A stretch of DNA of 47,853 nucleotides from Rhodocyclaceae bacterium. GTDB taxonomy: Bacteria > Pseudomonadota > Gammaproteobacteria > Burkholderiales > Rhodocyclaceae. Made by a program: the position numbers and the translations under genes. Positions 16,473 through 25,275 of this stretch are shown here, piece after piece. How positions within the stretch are numbered: the stretch's first letter is position 1; every line of letters starts with the position of its first letter. Under the pieces are notes generated by a model. That model did no database searches. It was given only the letters and a program-made list of their open reading frames with translations, and was not told the origin of the DNA. The stretch is taken from NCBI GenBank assembly GCA_020446005.1, contig JAGRFO010000042.1, positions 1 through 47,853 on the forward strand. Reading direction: 5' to 3'.

Positions 16473-17735
16473 CTACCGTGCGCTGATCAACGGCACGATC
16501 AGCGCCATGGTGCGCGCGGTGGCGCCGCCGTGGCGCTCGGCGAAGGCCTGACCGGCGGCGCCCATTCTTCCCCGTTCCGCATCCTGACTCAGCAAAGCCT
16601 GCGCGGCCCGCATCGCGCTGGCCACGTCGTCGTGGCGGGTTGCCGCGCCCGCGGCGATGGCCTGTTCGCTGGCGTCGAGGAAGTTGAAGGTGTGCGGGCC
16701 GAGGAGCGCCGGGGTGCCCGCCGCGCAGCATTCGATCAGGTTCTGTCCGCCAAAGGGCAGCCACGCGCCGCCGATCAGCGCCACATCGGCCAGCGCGTAA
16801 TAGGCCGCCATCTCTCCCATCGAATCGCCCAGCCACACCGCGTCGCCGGGCTGCGGGGCGGCGTTCTGGCTGCGCCGGCTCATCGTCAGGCCGGCCGCCG
16901 CGATCTGCGCGGCCACGGCATCGAAGCGCTGTGGATGACGCGGCACGATCACCAGCAGCGCGCCGTCGGCCAGCAGCGGCCCGGCGGCGGCCAGCATCAA
17001 CGCCTCCTCGCCTTCGCGAGTGCTCGCCGCCAGCACCACCTTGCGTCCGCCCAGCGCCGCGCGCCATTGCTTGCCTAGGGCCATGGCCGTTGCGTCCGGC
17101 GCGATGTCGAACTTGATGTTGCCGGTGATCTCGACCTCGCGCGTGCCCAGTGCGCGGAAGCGCTCGGCATCCGCGCTGGTTTGCGCGGCAACCACATCGA
17201 AACCGCCGAAGGCTGCGCGCGCCAGTGCGCCAAGACGTCGATAACGTCGGCTGGAGCGTTGTGAGAGGCGACCGTTGGCGAGCATCAGCGGGATGTGGCG
17301 TTGGTGGCAGGTGGCAACGAGGTTGGGCCACACTTCGGTTTCCATGAGGATGCCGATGCGCGGCTGATAGTGCCGCAGGAAGCGCGCTTGCAGCGAGGGC
17401 AGATCGTAGGGGAGATAGACCGAGCGTACCCGTGCGGCGTGTTCCGCGAACAATGACTGCGCGGTGTCGCGGCCGGTCGGGGTCATGTGGGTGAGGACGA
17501 TGGCGTGGTCGGGATAGGCTGCCAGCAGCGCGGTCACCAGCGGTTGTGCGGCGCGCGTCTCGCCAACCGAGACGGCGTGAATCCAGATCCACGGGCCGGC
17601 GGGAACCGGCGGGTAGCGGCCGAAGCGCTCGGCCAGATGCTCGCGATACGCCGGCTGGCGGCGGCCCCGCCACCACAGCCGCAGCCCGACCAGCGGCAAG
17701 GCGAGCATCCACAGCGCGGTGTAGAGGTGACGCAT
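16473..17735 (-). CDS. waaA: 3-deoxy-D-manno-octulosonic acid (Kdo) transferase
   Basis: WIHAVSVGE, YLPYD, METEVWPN, TGNIKFD, AASTREGEE, VPRHPQRF, GGQNLIE. Confidence 0.95.
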   Translation of the reverse strand: MRHLYTALWMLALPLVGLRLWWRGRRQPAYREHLAERFGRYPPVPAGPWIWIHAVSVGETRAAQPLVTALLAAYPDHAIVLTHMTPTGRDTAQSLFAEHAARVRSVYLPYDLPSLQARFLRHYQPRIGILMETEVWPNLVATCHQRHIPLMLANGRLSQRSSRRYRRLGALARAAFGGFDVVAAQTSADAERFRALGTREVEITGNIKFDIAPDATAMALGKQWRAALGGRKVVLAASTREGEEALMLAAAGPLLADGALLVIVPRHPQRFDAVAAQIAAAGLTMSRRSQNAAPQPGDAVWLGDSMGEMAAYYALADVALIGGAWLPFGGQNLIECCAAGTPALLGPHTFNFLDASEQAIAAGAATRHDDVASAMRAAQALLSQDAERGRMGAAGQAFAERHGGATARTMALIVPLISAR

Positions 17736-17881
17736 CAGCGATGAAGGCGGCAGGTGGTCATAGGCTCCGGATTATACGTTGCGCGCGGCGTTGCAAAATC
17801 CCTGTCCGCTGCCACTCCGGCTGCCGGGACGACGGCGGGATATGCGACAATCGCCACTTTTAACCCCTCGGGAATTTGACG

Positions 17882-18889
17882 ATGAAGGTGCTGGTTACCG
17901 GCGCGGCCGGATTCATTGGCATGCACACCTCCGAGCGCCTGCTGGCGCGCGGCGATGACGTGGTCGGGCTCGACAATCTGAACGATTATTACGACCCCCA
18001 GCTCAAGCGCGATCGGCTTGCGCGCCTCGAACCGAACCCGAAATTCCGCTTCGTGAAAATGGACGTGGCCGACCGCGCCGGCATGGAAGCGCTCTTTGCC
18101 GCCGAAAAGTTCGACCGTGTCATCCACCTTGCCGCCCAGGCCGGCGTGCGCTATTCGCTCGAAAATCCTCACGCCTACATCGACAGCAACGTGGTCGGCT
18201 TCATGAACATTCTGGAAGGCTGCCGCCACAACAAGGTCGCCCATCTGGCCTACGCCAGCAGCTCCAGCGTGTATGGCGGCAACACCAAGATGCCGTTCTC
18301 CGAGCACGACTCGGTGGACCACCCCATCAGCATGTACGCCGCCACCAAGAAGGCCAACGAGCTGATGGCCCACACCTACAGCCACCTGTTCGGCCTACCC
18401 ACCACCGGGCTGCGCTTCTTCACCGTGTATGGCCCTTGGGGCCGGCCGGACATGGCGCTGTTCCTGTTCACCAAAGCGATCCTCGACGGCAAGCCGATCA
18501 ACGTGTTCAACCACGGTAAAATGCAGCGCGATTTCACCTATGTGGATGACATCGTCGAAGGGGTGATCCGGGTCATCGACCATACCGCCGAGCCCGACGC
18601 CGGGTTCAATTCAAGCCAGCCCGACCCCGGCCGCAGCGCCGCGCCGTTCCGGGTGTTCAACATCGGCAACAACAACCCGGTGATGCTGATGGACTTCATC
18701 GCCGCGATCGAAAAATCGCTCGGCCGCGAGGCGGAGAAAAACTTCATGCCACTGCAGGATGGCGACGTGCCGGAAACCTACGCCAACACCGACGAACTCA
18801 ACGCCTGGACAGGCTTCGTGCCGGCCACCAGTGTGACGGACGGGGTGGCGTGCTTCGTCGCCTGGTATCGGGCCTATTTCAAGTGCTGA
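17882..18889 (+). CDS. NAD-dependent epimerase, UDP-glucuronate 4-epimerase-like
   Basis: [48 protein letters not shown]. Confidence 0.9.
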   Translation: MKVLVTGAAGFIGMHTSERLLARGDDVVGLDNLNDYYDPQLKRDRLARLEPNPKFRFVKMDVADRAGMEALFAAEKFDRVIHLAAQAGVRYSLENPHAYIDSNVVGFMNILEGCRHNKVAHLAYASSSSVYGGNTKMPFSEHDSVDHPISMYAATKKANELMAHTYSHLFGLPTTGLRFFTVYGPWGRPDMALFLFTKAILDGKPINVFNHGKMQRDFTYVDDIVEGVIRVIDHTAEPDAGFNSSQPDPGRSAAPFRVFNIGNNNPVMLMDFIAAIEKSLGREAEKNFMPLQDGDVPETYANTDELNAWTGFVPATSVTDGVACFVAWYRAYFKC

Positions 18890-18932
18890 GTCAGAGCGTC
18901 ATCGTGCTGTGTCTCGTCTTGGGGTGCGCAGA

Positions 18933-19937
18933 ATGAATTCCGTCCAGGTCATTGCTGAAATCGGGCAGGCGCATGATGGAAGCGTGGGCATGCTCCATTC
19001 GCTGATCAACGCCATTGCAGGCACCGGTGTCGCAGCGATCAAGTTCCAGATGCATATCGCGGATGCTGAGAGCTGCGCGCAGGACGAGTTTCGTATCCCG
19101 TTTTCGCAGGTCGATGCGACACGTATGGACTATTGGCGCCGGATGGAACTGAGCCTGGCCCAGTGGTATGAGGTCAAATCACACTGCGAAGATCTGGGGT
19201 GTGAGTTCCTGTGCACGCCTTTTTCGATTGCTGCGGTGGCGCAACTAGAGGCCCTGGGCGTGGCGCGCTACAAGGTTGGATCCGGCGATACCTCGAATGC
19301 CCTGCTGCTGGACGCGCTGGGTGCGACGGGCAAGCCCGTCATTCTCTCCAGTGGCATGAGTTCATACAATGAACTCGATGCGGCCGTCGAGCGCCTGATG
19401 CAACGTGGTTCGCGGGTGTCGGTGATGCAGTGTACGTCCGAATACCCGGTGCTGCCGGAACGCTGGGGTTTGAACGTCCTGGCCGAGATTCGTGACCGGT
19501 ATGGTGTGCCCTACGGTCTTTCCGACCATTCGGGCAGCATTGTTCCGGGGCTCGCGGCAGCGGCGCTTGGCGCGACCCTGATCGAGGTTCACGCGACGTT
19601 CGATCGGCGCATGTTTGGTCCTGACGCCACATCGTCGCTCACCATCGACGAGCTGGCCCAGCTCGTTCGCGACGTTAGCAGTATCCGCACGGCGCTCGAC
19701 CACCCAGTCGACAAGGGCGATGCAGAGGATATGGCGCGGATGCGGCGCCTGTTCGGCCGGTCGCTGACAGTCAGGCGGGACATGGCGGCTGGCGAAGTGC
19801 TCTCCTTCGATGATCTGGAATGCACCAAGCCCGCAGGGCTGGGTGTGCCGCCACAGGCGTACGAGCAGTTGATCGGGCGTCGGCTCAAACGTGCCTTGTC
19901 GCTGAGAAGTTTCATCATGGAAGAAGACATCGAATGA
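18933..19937 (+). CDS. neuB: N-acetylneuraminate (nonulosonate) synthase family protein with C-terminal SAF/AFP domain
   Basis: IAEIGQAHDGS, IKFQMH, FLCTPFS, KVGSGD, CTSEYP, GLSDHS, IEVH. Confidence 0.88.
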   Translation: MNSVQVIAEIGQAHDGSVGMLHSLINAIAGTGVAAIKFQMHIADAESCAQDEFRIPFSQVDATRMDYWRRMELSLAQWYEVKSHCEDLGCEFLCTPFSIAAVAQLEALGVARYKVGSGDTSNALLLDALGATGKPVILSSGMSSYNELDAAVERLMQRGSRVSVMQCTSEYPVLPERWGLNVLAEIRDRYGVPYGLSDHSGSIVPGLAAAALGATLIEVHATFDRRMFGPDATSSLTIDELAQLVRDVSSIRTALDHPVDKGDAEDMARMRRLFGRSLTVRRDMAAGEVLSFDDLECTKPAGLGVPPQAYEQLIGRRLKRALSLRSFIMEEDIE

Positions 19938-21082
19938 AGAAGAAAGTCTGTGTCGTCGTTGCCAGTCGAGCGAATTACGGTCGGATCAAGGCGGTCATGT
20001 CCGCAGTCAAGGCGCACCCTGATCTGGAACTGCAGTTGATCGTCAGCGCGTCGGCTCTGTTGTACCGGTTCGGCAAGGTGGTCGACCTGATCGAGCAGGA
20101 TGGCTTCGAGGTATCTTCGCGGATCTACTCAATTGTCGAAGGCGAGAACCTGACGACCATGGCCAAGTCCGTCGGTCTCGGCGTGCTCGAGCTGTCCACT
20201 CAGTTTGAGAACCTGCGTCCAGATATCGTCCTGACCGTCGCCGATCGATTCGAAACCATGGCGACGGCTATCGCCGCTTCGTACATGAACATTCGTGTGG
20301 CCCATACGCAGGGTGGCGAGCTGACGGGCTCCATCGACGAGAGCGTACGGCATGCGATCACCAAGCTGTCCCATTTGCATTTCGTCTCGACCGAGCTGTC
20401 CCGGGAGCGTGTAGTCAAGATGGGGGAGAACCCCACTTACGTATTCAATACCGGCTGCCCCGCCATCGACGCCATTGCCGACATCGACCTGACCCTGATG
20501 CCGGGGTTCTTCGATCAGTATGGTGGAGTGGGACACGGCATCGACCCGGACAAACCCTATTTGGTTGTACTTCAGCATCCGGTCACCACCGAGTTCGGCG
20601 CTGGCTTCCAGCAGATCAACGAAACCCTGCAGGCGGTCCGGGAGACCGGCATGCAGACCGTCTGGCTGTGGCCCAATGTCGACGCAGGCTCCGATGACGT
20701 GTCCAAGGGCTTGCGCATGTTCCGCGAGCGCAACCGCGATGTGCCTATCCGCTTCTTCCGTAATTTTTCGGTCGAGGATTACGCCCGGCTCATCAACGGC
20801 GCGGCCTGCCTTGTCGGCAATTCATCGAGCGGTATCCGGGAGTCGGCCTTTCTGGGCGTTCCCTCCGTGAATATCGGGACCCGCCAGCACGCACGGGAGC
20901 GCGCGGCCAACGTGATGGATGTGGGGCACGTGTCGGCCGATATCCTCGCCGCCATCCGGCATCAGATCGAGCATGGCAAATACCCGTCGGACCATCTCTA
21001 CGGCGATGGCTGCAGTGGTCCGAGAATTGCCCAACTGATGGCCGAGACTGCCGTGTCCATCCAGAAAACCATGGCTTACTAG
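19934..21082 (+). CDS. neuC: UDP-N-acetylglucosamine 2-epimerase (hydrolysing)
   Basis: SRANYG, ADRFE, HTQGGELTGSIDESVRHAITKLSHLHF, QHPVT, GNSSSGIRE. ATGA overlap with neuB. Confidence 0.9.
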   Translation: MKKKVCVVVASRANYGRIKAVMSAVKAHPDLELQLIVSASALLYRFGKVVDLIEQDGFEVSSRIYSIVEGENLTTMAKSVGLGVLELSTQFENLRPDIVLTVADRFETMATAIAASYMNIRVAHTQGGELTGSIDESVRHAITKLSHLHFVSTELSRERVVKMGENPTYVFNTGCPAIDAIADIDLTLMPGFFDQYGGVGHGIDPDKPYLVVLQHPVTTEFGAGFQQINETLQAVRETGMQTVWLWPNVDAGSDDVSKGLRMFRERNRDVPIRFFRNFSVEDYARLINGAACLVGNSSSGIRESAFLGVPSVNIGTRQHARERAANVMDVGHVSADILAAIRHQIEHGKYPSDHLYGDGCSGPRIAQLMAETAVSIQKTMAY

Positions 21083-21097
21083 TTCGGTGGCAATGAC

Positions 21098-21973
21098 ATG
21101 AAACAACCCATTTCAGGCGATACCGGGAATTTCGACAAGAGCTGGCGTACTCGGAAGGAGACGCTGTACAACCACTGGACGGCAGGGCAGCCGGCAAACC
21201 AGATCCAGCTGGCATTCCGTTCCCATTGGGAGGTTTTCCAGGATCTAATGGGGCCGCTGGCGACCACCAAGGGGTGTGTGCTCGAGGTCGGCTGTGGCCG
21301 GGGGAGCCTCTCGAGCTACTTCGCTCACAACGGCTGGGACTGCACCTTGCTCGATTTCAGTCCTAGCGTGCTCGATACGGCGAAGGCGGTGTTCAAACGC
21401 AATGGTCATTCGGCAAGCTTCGTTCCTGGCGATGCCAACCGGTTGCCCTTCCCGGATAGCAGTTTCGACGTGACCTGTAGCATCGGCCTGCTTGAGCACT
21501 TCGAGGACGTTCGCAAGGTGATGTCCGAGCAATTGCGGGTGCTGAAGCCGGGCGGCTGGTTTCTTGGCTATGTCGTTCCGGAGCGTCCGGACAACGTGCA
21601 GCGCTATTTTCGCTGGGTCAATGCGATTCTCAAGCTCGTCGCCAAGCTCGGCGGCAACGGTGGCAAGGCGGTGGTGGCCAAGCCCGATATCTATCGAAGC
21701 GACTTCGACTCGACCCACTACGCAAACGAACTGAAGGGGCTGCCGTTCGACAACCTGACGGTCTTCGGCATGTATCCGATGCCGATGATCAGCCACAGCC
21801 CCGAGTTTCCGTTTTCCTTGCTGCCCGCACCCGTCGAATGGGTGCTGACCCGCATCTTCGAAGGCGCGCTCGCGGTTCGCCGGCTCGTCACCGGCCGTCA
21901 TGGCTGGATCTGCTCCGAGCAGATGGGACAGGCCTTCCTCGTGGCGTTTCAGAAGGCGCCGGTCGCCCCTTGA
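21098..21973 (+). CDS. Class I SAM-dependent methyltransferase
   Basis: VLEVGCGRG, GDANRLPFPDSSFD, GLLEHF, RVLKPGG. Confidence 0.88.
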   Translation: MKQPISGDTGNFDKSWRTRKETLYNHWTAGQPANQIQLAFRSHWEVFQDLMGPLATTKGCVLEVGCGRGSLSSYFAHNGWDCTLLDFSPSVLDTAKAVFKRNGHSASFVPGDANRLPFPDSSFDVTCSIGLLEHFEDVRKVMSEQLRVLKPGGWFLGYVVPERPDNVQRYFRWVNAILKLVAKLGGNGGKAVVAKPDIYRSDFDSTHYANELKGLPFDNLTVFGMYPMPMISHSPEFPFSLLPAPVEWVLTRIFEGALAVRRLVTGRHGWICSEQMGQAFLVAFQKAPVAP

Positions 21974-22920
21974 AAATTCTCAACGTCGAGCCCGAAGGCT
22001 ACACGGCGGAGGCCCGCGAGATCCTGCGCTCGCTGGGCGAACTCGAGGAGCGCGCCTGCGATCGCGATGCGCTCCTTGCCGCGGTCGGCGATGCCCAGGT
22101 GTTGATCGTACGGCTCGCCCACCGGATCGATGAAGCCGTCTTCGCGCGTGCCAAGTCCCTGCGGGTGATCGTGTCGGCGACGACCGGGCTCAATCACATC
22201 GACCTCGACGCCGCCGAACGTTACGGTGTGACCGTGCTCTGCCTGCGTGGGCAGCGTGTGTTTCTCGATTCGGTGACTGCAACCGCCGAGCACACCTGGG
22301 GATTGCTGATCGCACTCGTTCGCCATCTGCTGCCGGCCGCCGCGAGCGTGGCCCAGGGTGAATGGGACCGGGACCGGTTTCGAGGTACCCAGCTGTCCCG
22401 CAAGACCCTCGGTATTGTCGGATTCGGACGCCTGGGCCGCATCGTGGCCGACTATGCGCGTGCCTTTCGCATGCAGGTGGTGTTCCATGATCCCTACGTC
22501 GAGGCGGCGGACGCCGACGTCGAGAAACTGGGGCTGGACGATCTTCTGGCCCGCAGCGACGTGGTCAGCCTGCACGTGGCGTATTCGAACGAGACGCGTG
22601 GCTTGATCGGAGTGCGCGAGTTCGAACGCATGAAGCCCTCTGCCGTGTTGATCAATACGGCGCGTGGCGAAATCGTGGATGAGGCTGCCTTGCTGAATGC
22701 TTTGGAATCACGGCAGATTGCGGGCGCGGCCATCGATGTGCTCGACAATGAAACATCGCTGACCGCGCTGGCGTCCCACCCCTTGATTCGCTATGCGGGC
22801 GAGTCGGATCGTCTCATCGTTACTCCGCATGTGGGCGGGGCGACGCTCGATTCCATGAAAGATGCAGAGGTGTTCATGGCCCAGATGCTGGCTCACTACG
22901 TTCGGGGGGAAGTCTCGTGA
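21970..22920 (+). CDS. D-isomer-specific 2-hydroxyacid dehydrogenase
   Basis: TTG start in TTGA overlap; TGLNHID, TAEH, GIVGFGRLG, INTARG, AAIDV, TPHVGG. Confidence 0.88.
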   Translation: MKILNVEPEGYTAEAREILRSLGELEERACDRDALLAAVGDAQVLIVRLAHRIDEAVFARAKSLRVIVSATTGLNHIDLDAAERYGVTVLCLRGQRVFLDSVTATAEHTWGLLIALVRHLLPAAASVAQGEWDRDRFRGTQLSRKTLGIVGFGRLGRIVADYARAFRMQVVFHDPYVEAADADVEKLGLDDLLARSDVVSLHVAYSNETRGLIGVREFERMKPSAVLINTARGEIVDEAALLNALESRQIAGAAIDVLDNETSLTALASHPLIRYAGESDRLIVTPHVGGATLDSMKDAEVFMAQMLAHYVRGEVS

Positions 22921-23626
22921 TTGGACTGCGGCGCATTGCCCTCTGGTGGCGCAACCGGGGCATCGATGCAGCGCATCGGTGGCATGGGATGCGACAGCCG
23001 GAGGCCTATGTCGACATCGACGATGTGGTGACCCGTTTCAGGGGCAGCGGGGGGCTCAAGCATCGCTTTCAGGCCTACAAGCTGTTCGAACTGAATCAGT
23101 TGCTCGAGCGCCATCGCCCGGCCACGATTCTCGAACTGGGCTCGGGGTCGAGTACCGCCATCTTTGCTGCGTTCGTCAAGCAGGGCGAAGGCCGCCACCT
23201 AACCTCGGTAGACGAGAGTGGCAAATGGCTGGCCAATGCCCGATCGCTGGCGGGGATCAATGCCGATGACGCCCGCTTCACTTGGCTGGAGTCGCAGCCA
23301 CGCGCGCATCAGGATGCCAGTGGGGTCCGTATCGGCTACGGCATTTCCGCGGCGCCGTACGACTTCGTCTTTATCGACGGTCCTTCCCTGAAGCTCGACG
23401 GCGTCCAGCAAAGGATGCGGTCAACGACGATGTCTTCGGGCTGTTGGGCGACCATCCTCCACAGGTTGTTGTCGTCGACGCGCGCTATGCGACCGCGCAG
23501 GCGATTGCCGAGGCGACCCGCGGGCAATACTAATTCATGCCATCGGACTTGCTGTCCCGTTTTCCGAGTAATGGCTATCGGTATTTTTCAGTCTTTGTCC
23601 GGCGCGAAGCCGCCGGTTTGAAATAA
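22917..23626 (+). pseudogene. Disrupted class I SAM-methyltransferase-like gene
   Basis: ILELGSGSST and YDFVFIDGP in one frame. Protein-like sequence continues in another frame from ~23411 (KDAVNDDVF...VVVVDARYAT), hits TAA at 23531-23533, then reads FMPSDLLSRFPSNGYRYFSVFVRREAAGLK to TAA 23626, just before the next RBS. Confidence 0.65.
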
Positions 23627-23640
23627 TCAGGAGAATGCAC

Positions 23641-24543
23641 ATGGGCGCGAAGCTTTTGAAAGGAATTGTTCCGGTCGTCGTGGTGCCGATGCATCCGGGC
23701 GGTGAACCCGACATCGAGGGTACGCACCGGCTGGTGAATTTTCTCGTCGATTCCGGTGTGGGCGGCATGTGGGTGCTGGGTTCTGCCAGTGAAGACGTGA
23801 ACATGTCGGTCAAGCAGCGTCTGGCTGTCGCTCGGGCCACTGCTGAAGCCAATGCCGGCCGCGTGCCGTTGATCGTCGGTTCAGGCCTCACCTCCATCGG
23901 CGACATTCTCGACTACGCTGACCAGCTCTCGGACCTGAGCTTTCACGGGCTGCATGTGCTGCCCTACGACGTCAAGATGGGCGATGCGCGACTGATCCAC
24001 CTGATCGAGACGCTCGCCGACCGACTGCCGTGGCCGGTCTGGATGTACCACAATCCGAAGCGGGGGCGCGCGTTCACTGACGACATCATTGGCAAGGTCA
24101 AGGCGCATCCGAACGTCGGTGGCATCAAGATCGGTGGCTACAACCTCTCGGAACTGACACGGACCATCATGCACCGGACCGAGGATTTCGACGTCATCGG
24201 CGCCGGTGGTGGCCAGTTGTTCCAGATGCTCGCCCTGGGTGCGCAGGCGCACACTACGAGTGAGGCCTCGGTGTTTCCGGAGCGCTTCATTGCGCTCATG
24301 GCGGCGTTCGAGCAGGGGCGGATCGACGAGGCCCGTGAAATGCAGTTCGACCTGATCCGCCTGTCCAAGGCGATTCCGCGGACAGAGAACGGCGAATACT
24401 GCGCCGAGGAGAAGTTCATGCTCTCTCTGCGCGGCATTTGCGGCGAGGCGGTCAACCCGCTCTACCGCACGCTGAATGACGAAGAGAAGCGCAAGATTCG
24501 CCAGTTGCTGGTCGAGCATCGTTTCGAGTGGGCGAGTGCCTGA
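23641..24543 (+). CDS. DapA/NanA-family class I aldolase/lyase
   Basis: LKGIVPVVVVPM, LGSASE, GRVPLIVG, WMYHNP (catalytic Tyr), GIKI (Schiff-base Lys). AGGAG RBS at 23629; start could be 23635. Confidence 0.85.
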   Translation: MGAKLLKGIVPVVVVPMHPGGEPDIEGTHRLVNFLVDSGVGGMWVLGSASEDVNMSVKQRLAVARATAEANAGRVPLIVGSGLTSIGDILDYADQLSDLSFHGLHVLPYDVKMGDARLIHLIETLADRLPWPVWMYHNPKRGRAFTDDIIGKVKAHPNVGGIKIGGYNLSELTRTIMHRTEDFDVIGAGGGQLFQMLALGAQAHTTSEASVFPERFIALMAAFEQGRIDEAREMQFDLIRLSKAIPRTENGEYCAEEKFMLSLRGICGEAVNPLYRTLNDEEKRKIRQLLVEHRFEWASA

Positions 24544-24552
24544 GTCGCCGAC

Positions 24553-25275
24553 GTGAAACCCAAGCGTGTCGTGGCCGTGGTGCCCGCCAAATTGACGTCG
24601 GTGCGCCTGCCACAAAAGAACCTGGCCCCGATCGAGGGCCAGGCGCTTTTTGCCTACTCGATCCGGGCCGCGCTGAAGTCGACGCTGATCGACGAGGTGG
24701 TGGTCAGCAGCGAATCCGGATCACTGCTGGCGACCGCGGGCGCGCTTGGCGCCAGAACGGTCCTTCGTCCTGAATCTCTGTCGGGAAGCAAGGTCACGAA
24801 CCAGACGGTTCTTGCACATGTGCTCGACGAACTGGAGCAGCAGGGCGCAGGCTGCCCGGAGGTGATCGTGCTTCTCCAGCCGACTCATCCCTTCCGGGTC
24901 CCGGCTGACATCGACGCCGCGATCGCACTGCTGGGAGAGCACTCGGGGTTCTCGAGCATCTTCGCGCTCAGGGCAGACCCGCGCCTGTTCGGGCACCTGG
25001 ATGCGCAGCGCTTTGTTCCCGATGTTCCGCTGCCTCGCCAGCGGGACAGGGAGCGCACCCGGTATGAGAACACCGGTGCCTTTTACATCCTCGATGTGGC
25101 GAAAACGGTGCAGGCAGGAAGTTTCTTCGGAGATCGGATCGGCGGTTTTGCGCTGTCGCGTCCGGAACTCGAGATCGATATCGACGAACCGATCGACCTG
25201 AAAATCGCGCGGGCGATGGCGCGTTACTACCGGCACGATCTCGAATCGCTGGGTTTGCTGGACAGAACAGAATGA
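24553..25275 (+). CDS. neuA: Acylneuraminate (CMP-nonulosonate) cytidylyltransferase
   Basis: VPAKLTSVRLPQKN, VVVSSE, LLQPTHPFR, YENTGAFYI, IDIDEPIDL. Confidence 0.85.
   Translation: MKPKRVVAVVPAKLTSVRLPQKNLAPIEGQALFAYSIRAALKSTLIDEVVVSSESGSLLATAGALGARTVLRPESLSGSKVTNQTVLAHVLDELEQQGAGCPEVIVLLQPTHPFRVPADIDAAIALLGEHSGFSSIFALRADPRLFGHLDAQRFVPDVPLPRQRDRERTRYENTGAFYILDVAKTVQAGSFFGDRIGGFALSRPELEIDIDEPIDLKIARAMARYYRHDLESLGLLDRTE

Noticed and set aside
23641-24543. Calling the aldolase dapA or nanA outright
   Set aside because: Substrate-binding motifs diverge from both, and no lysine-pathway or nan catabolic genes are adjacent.
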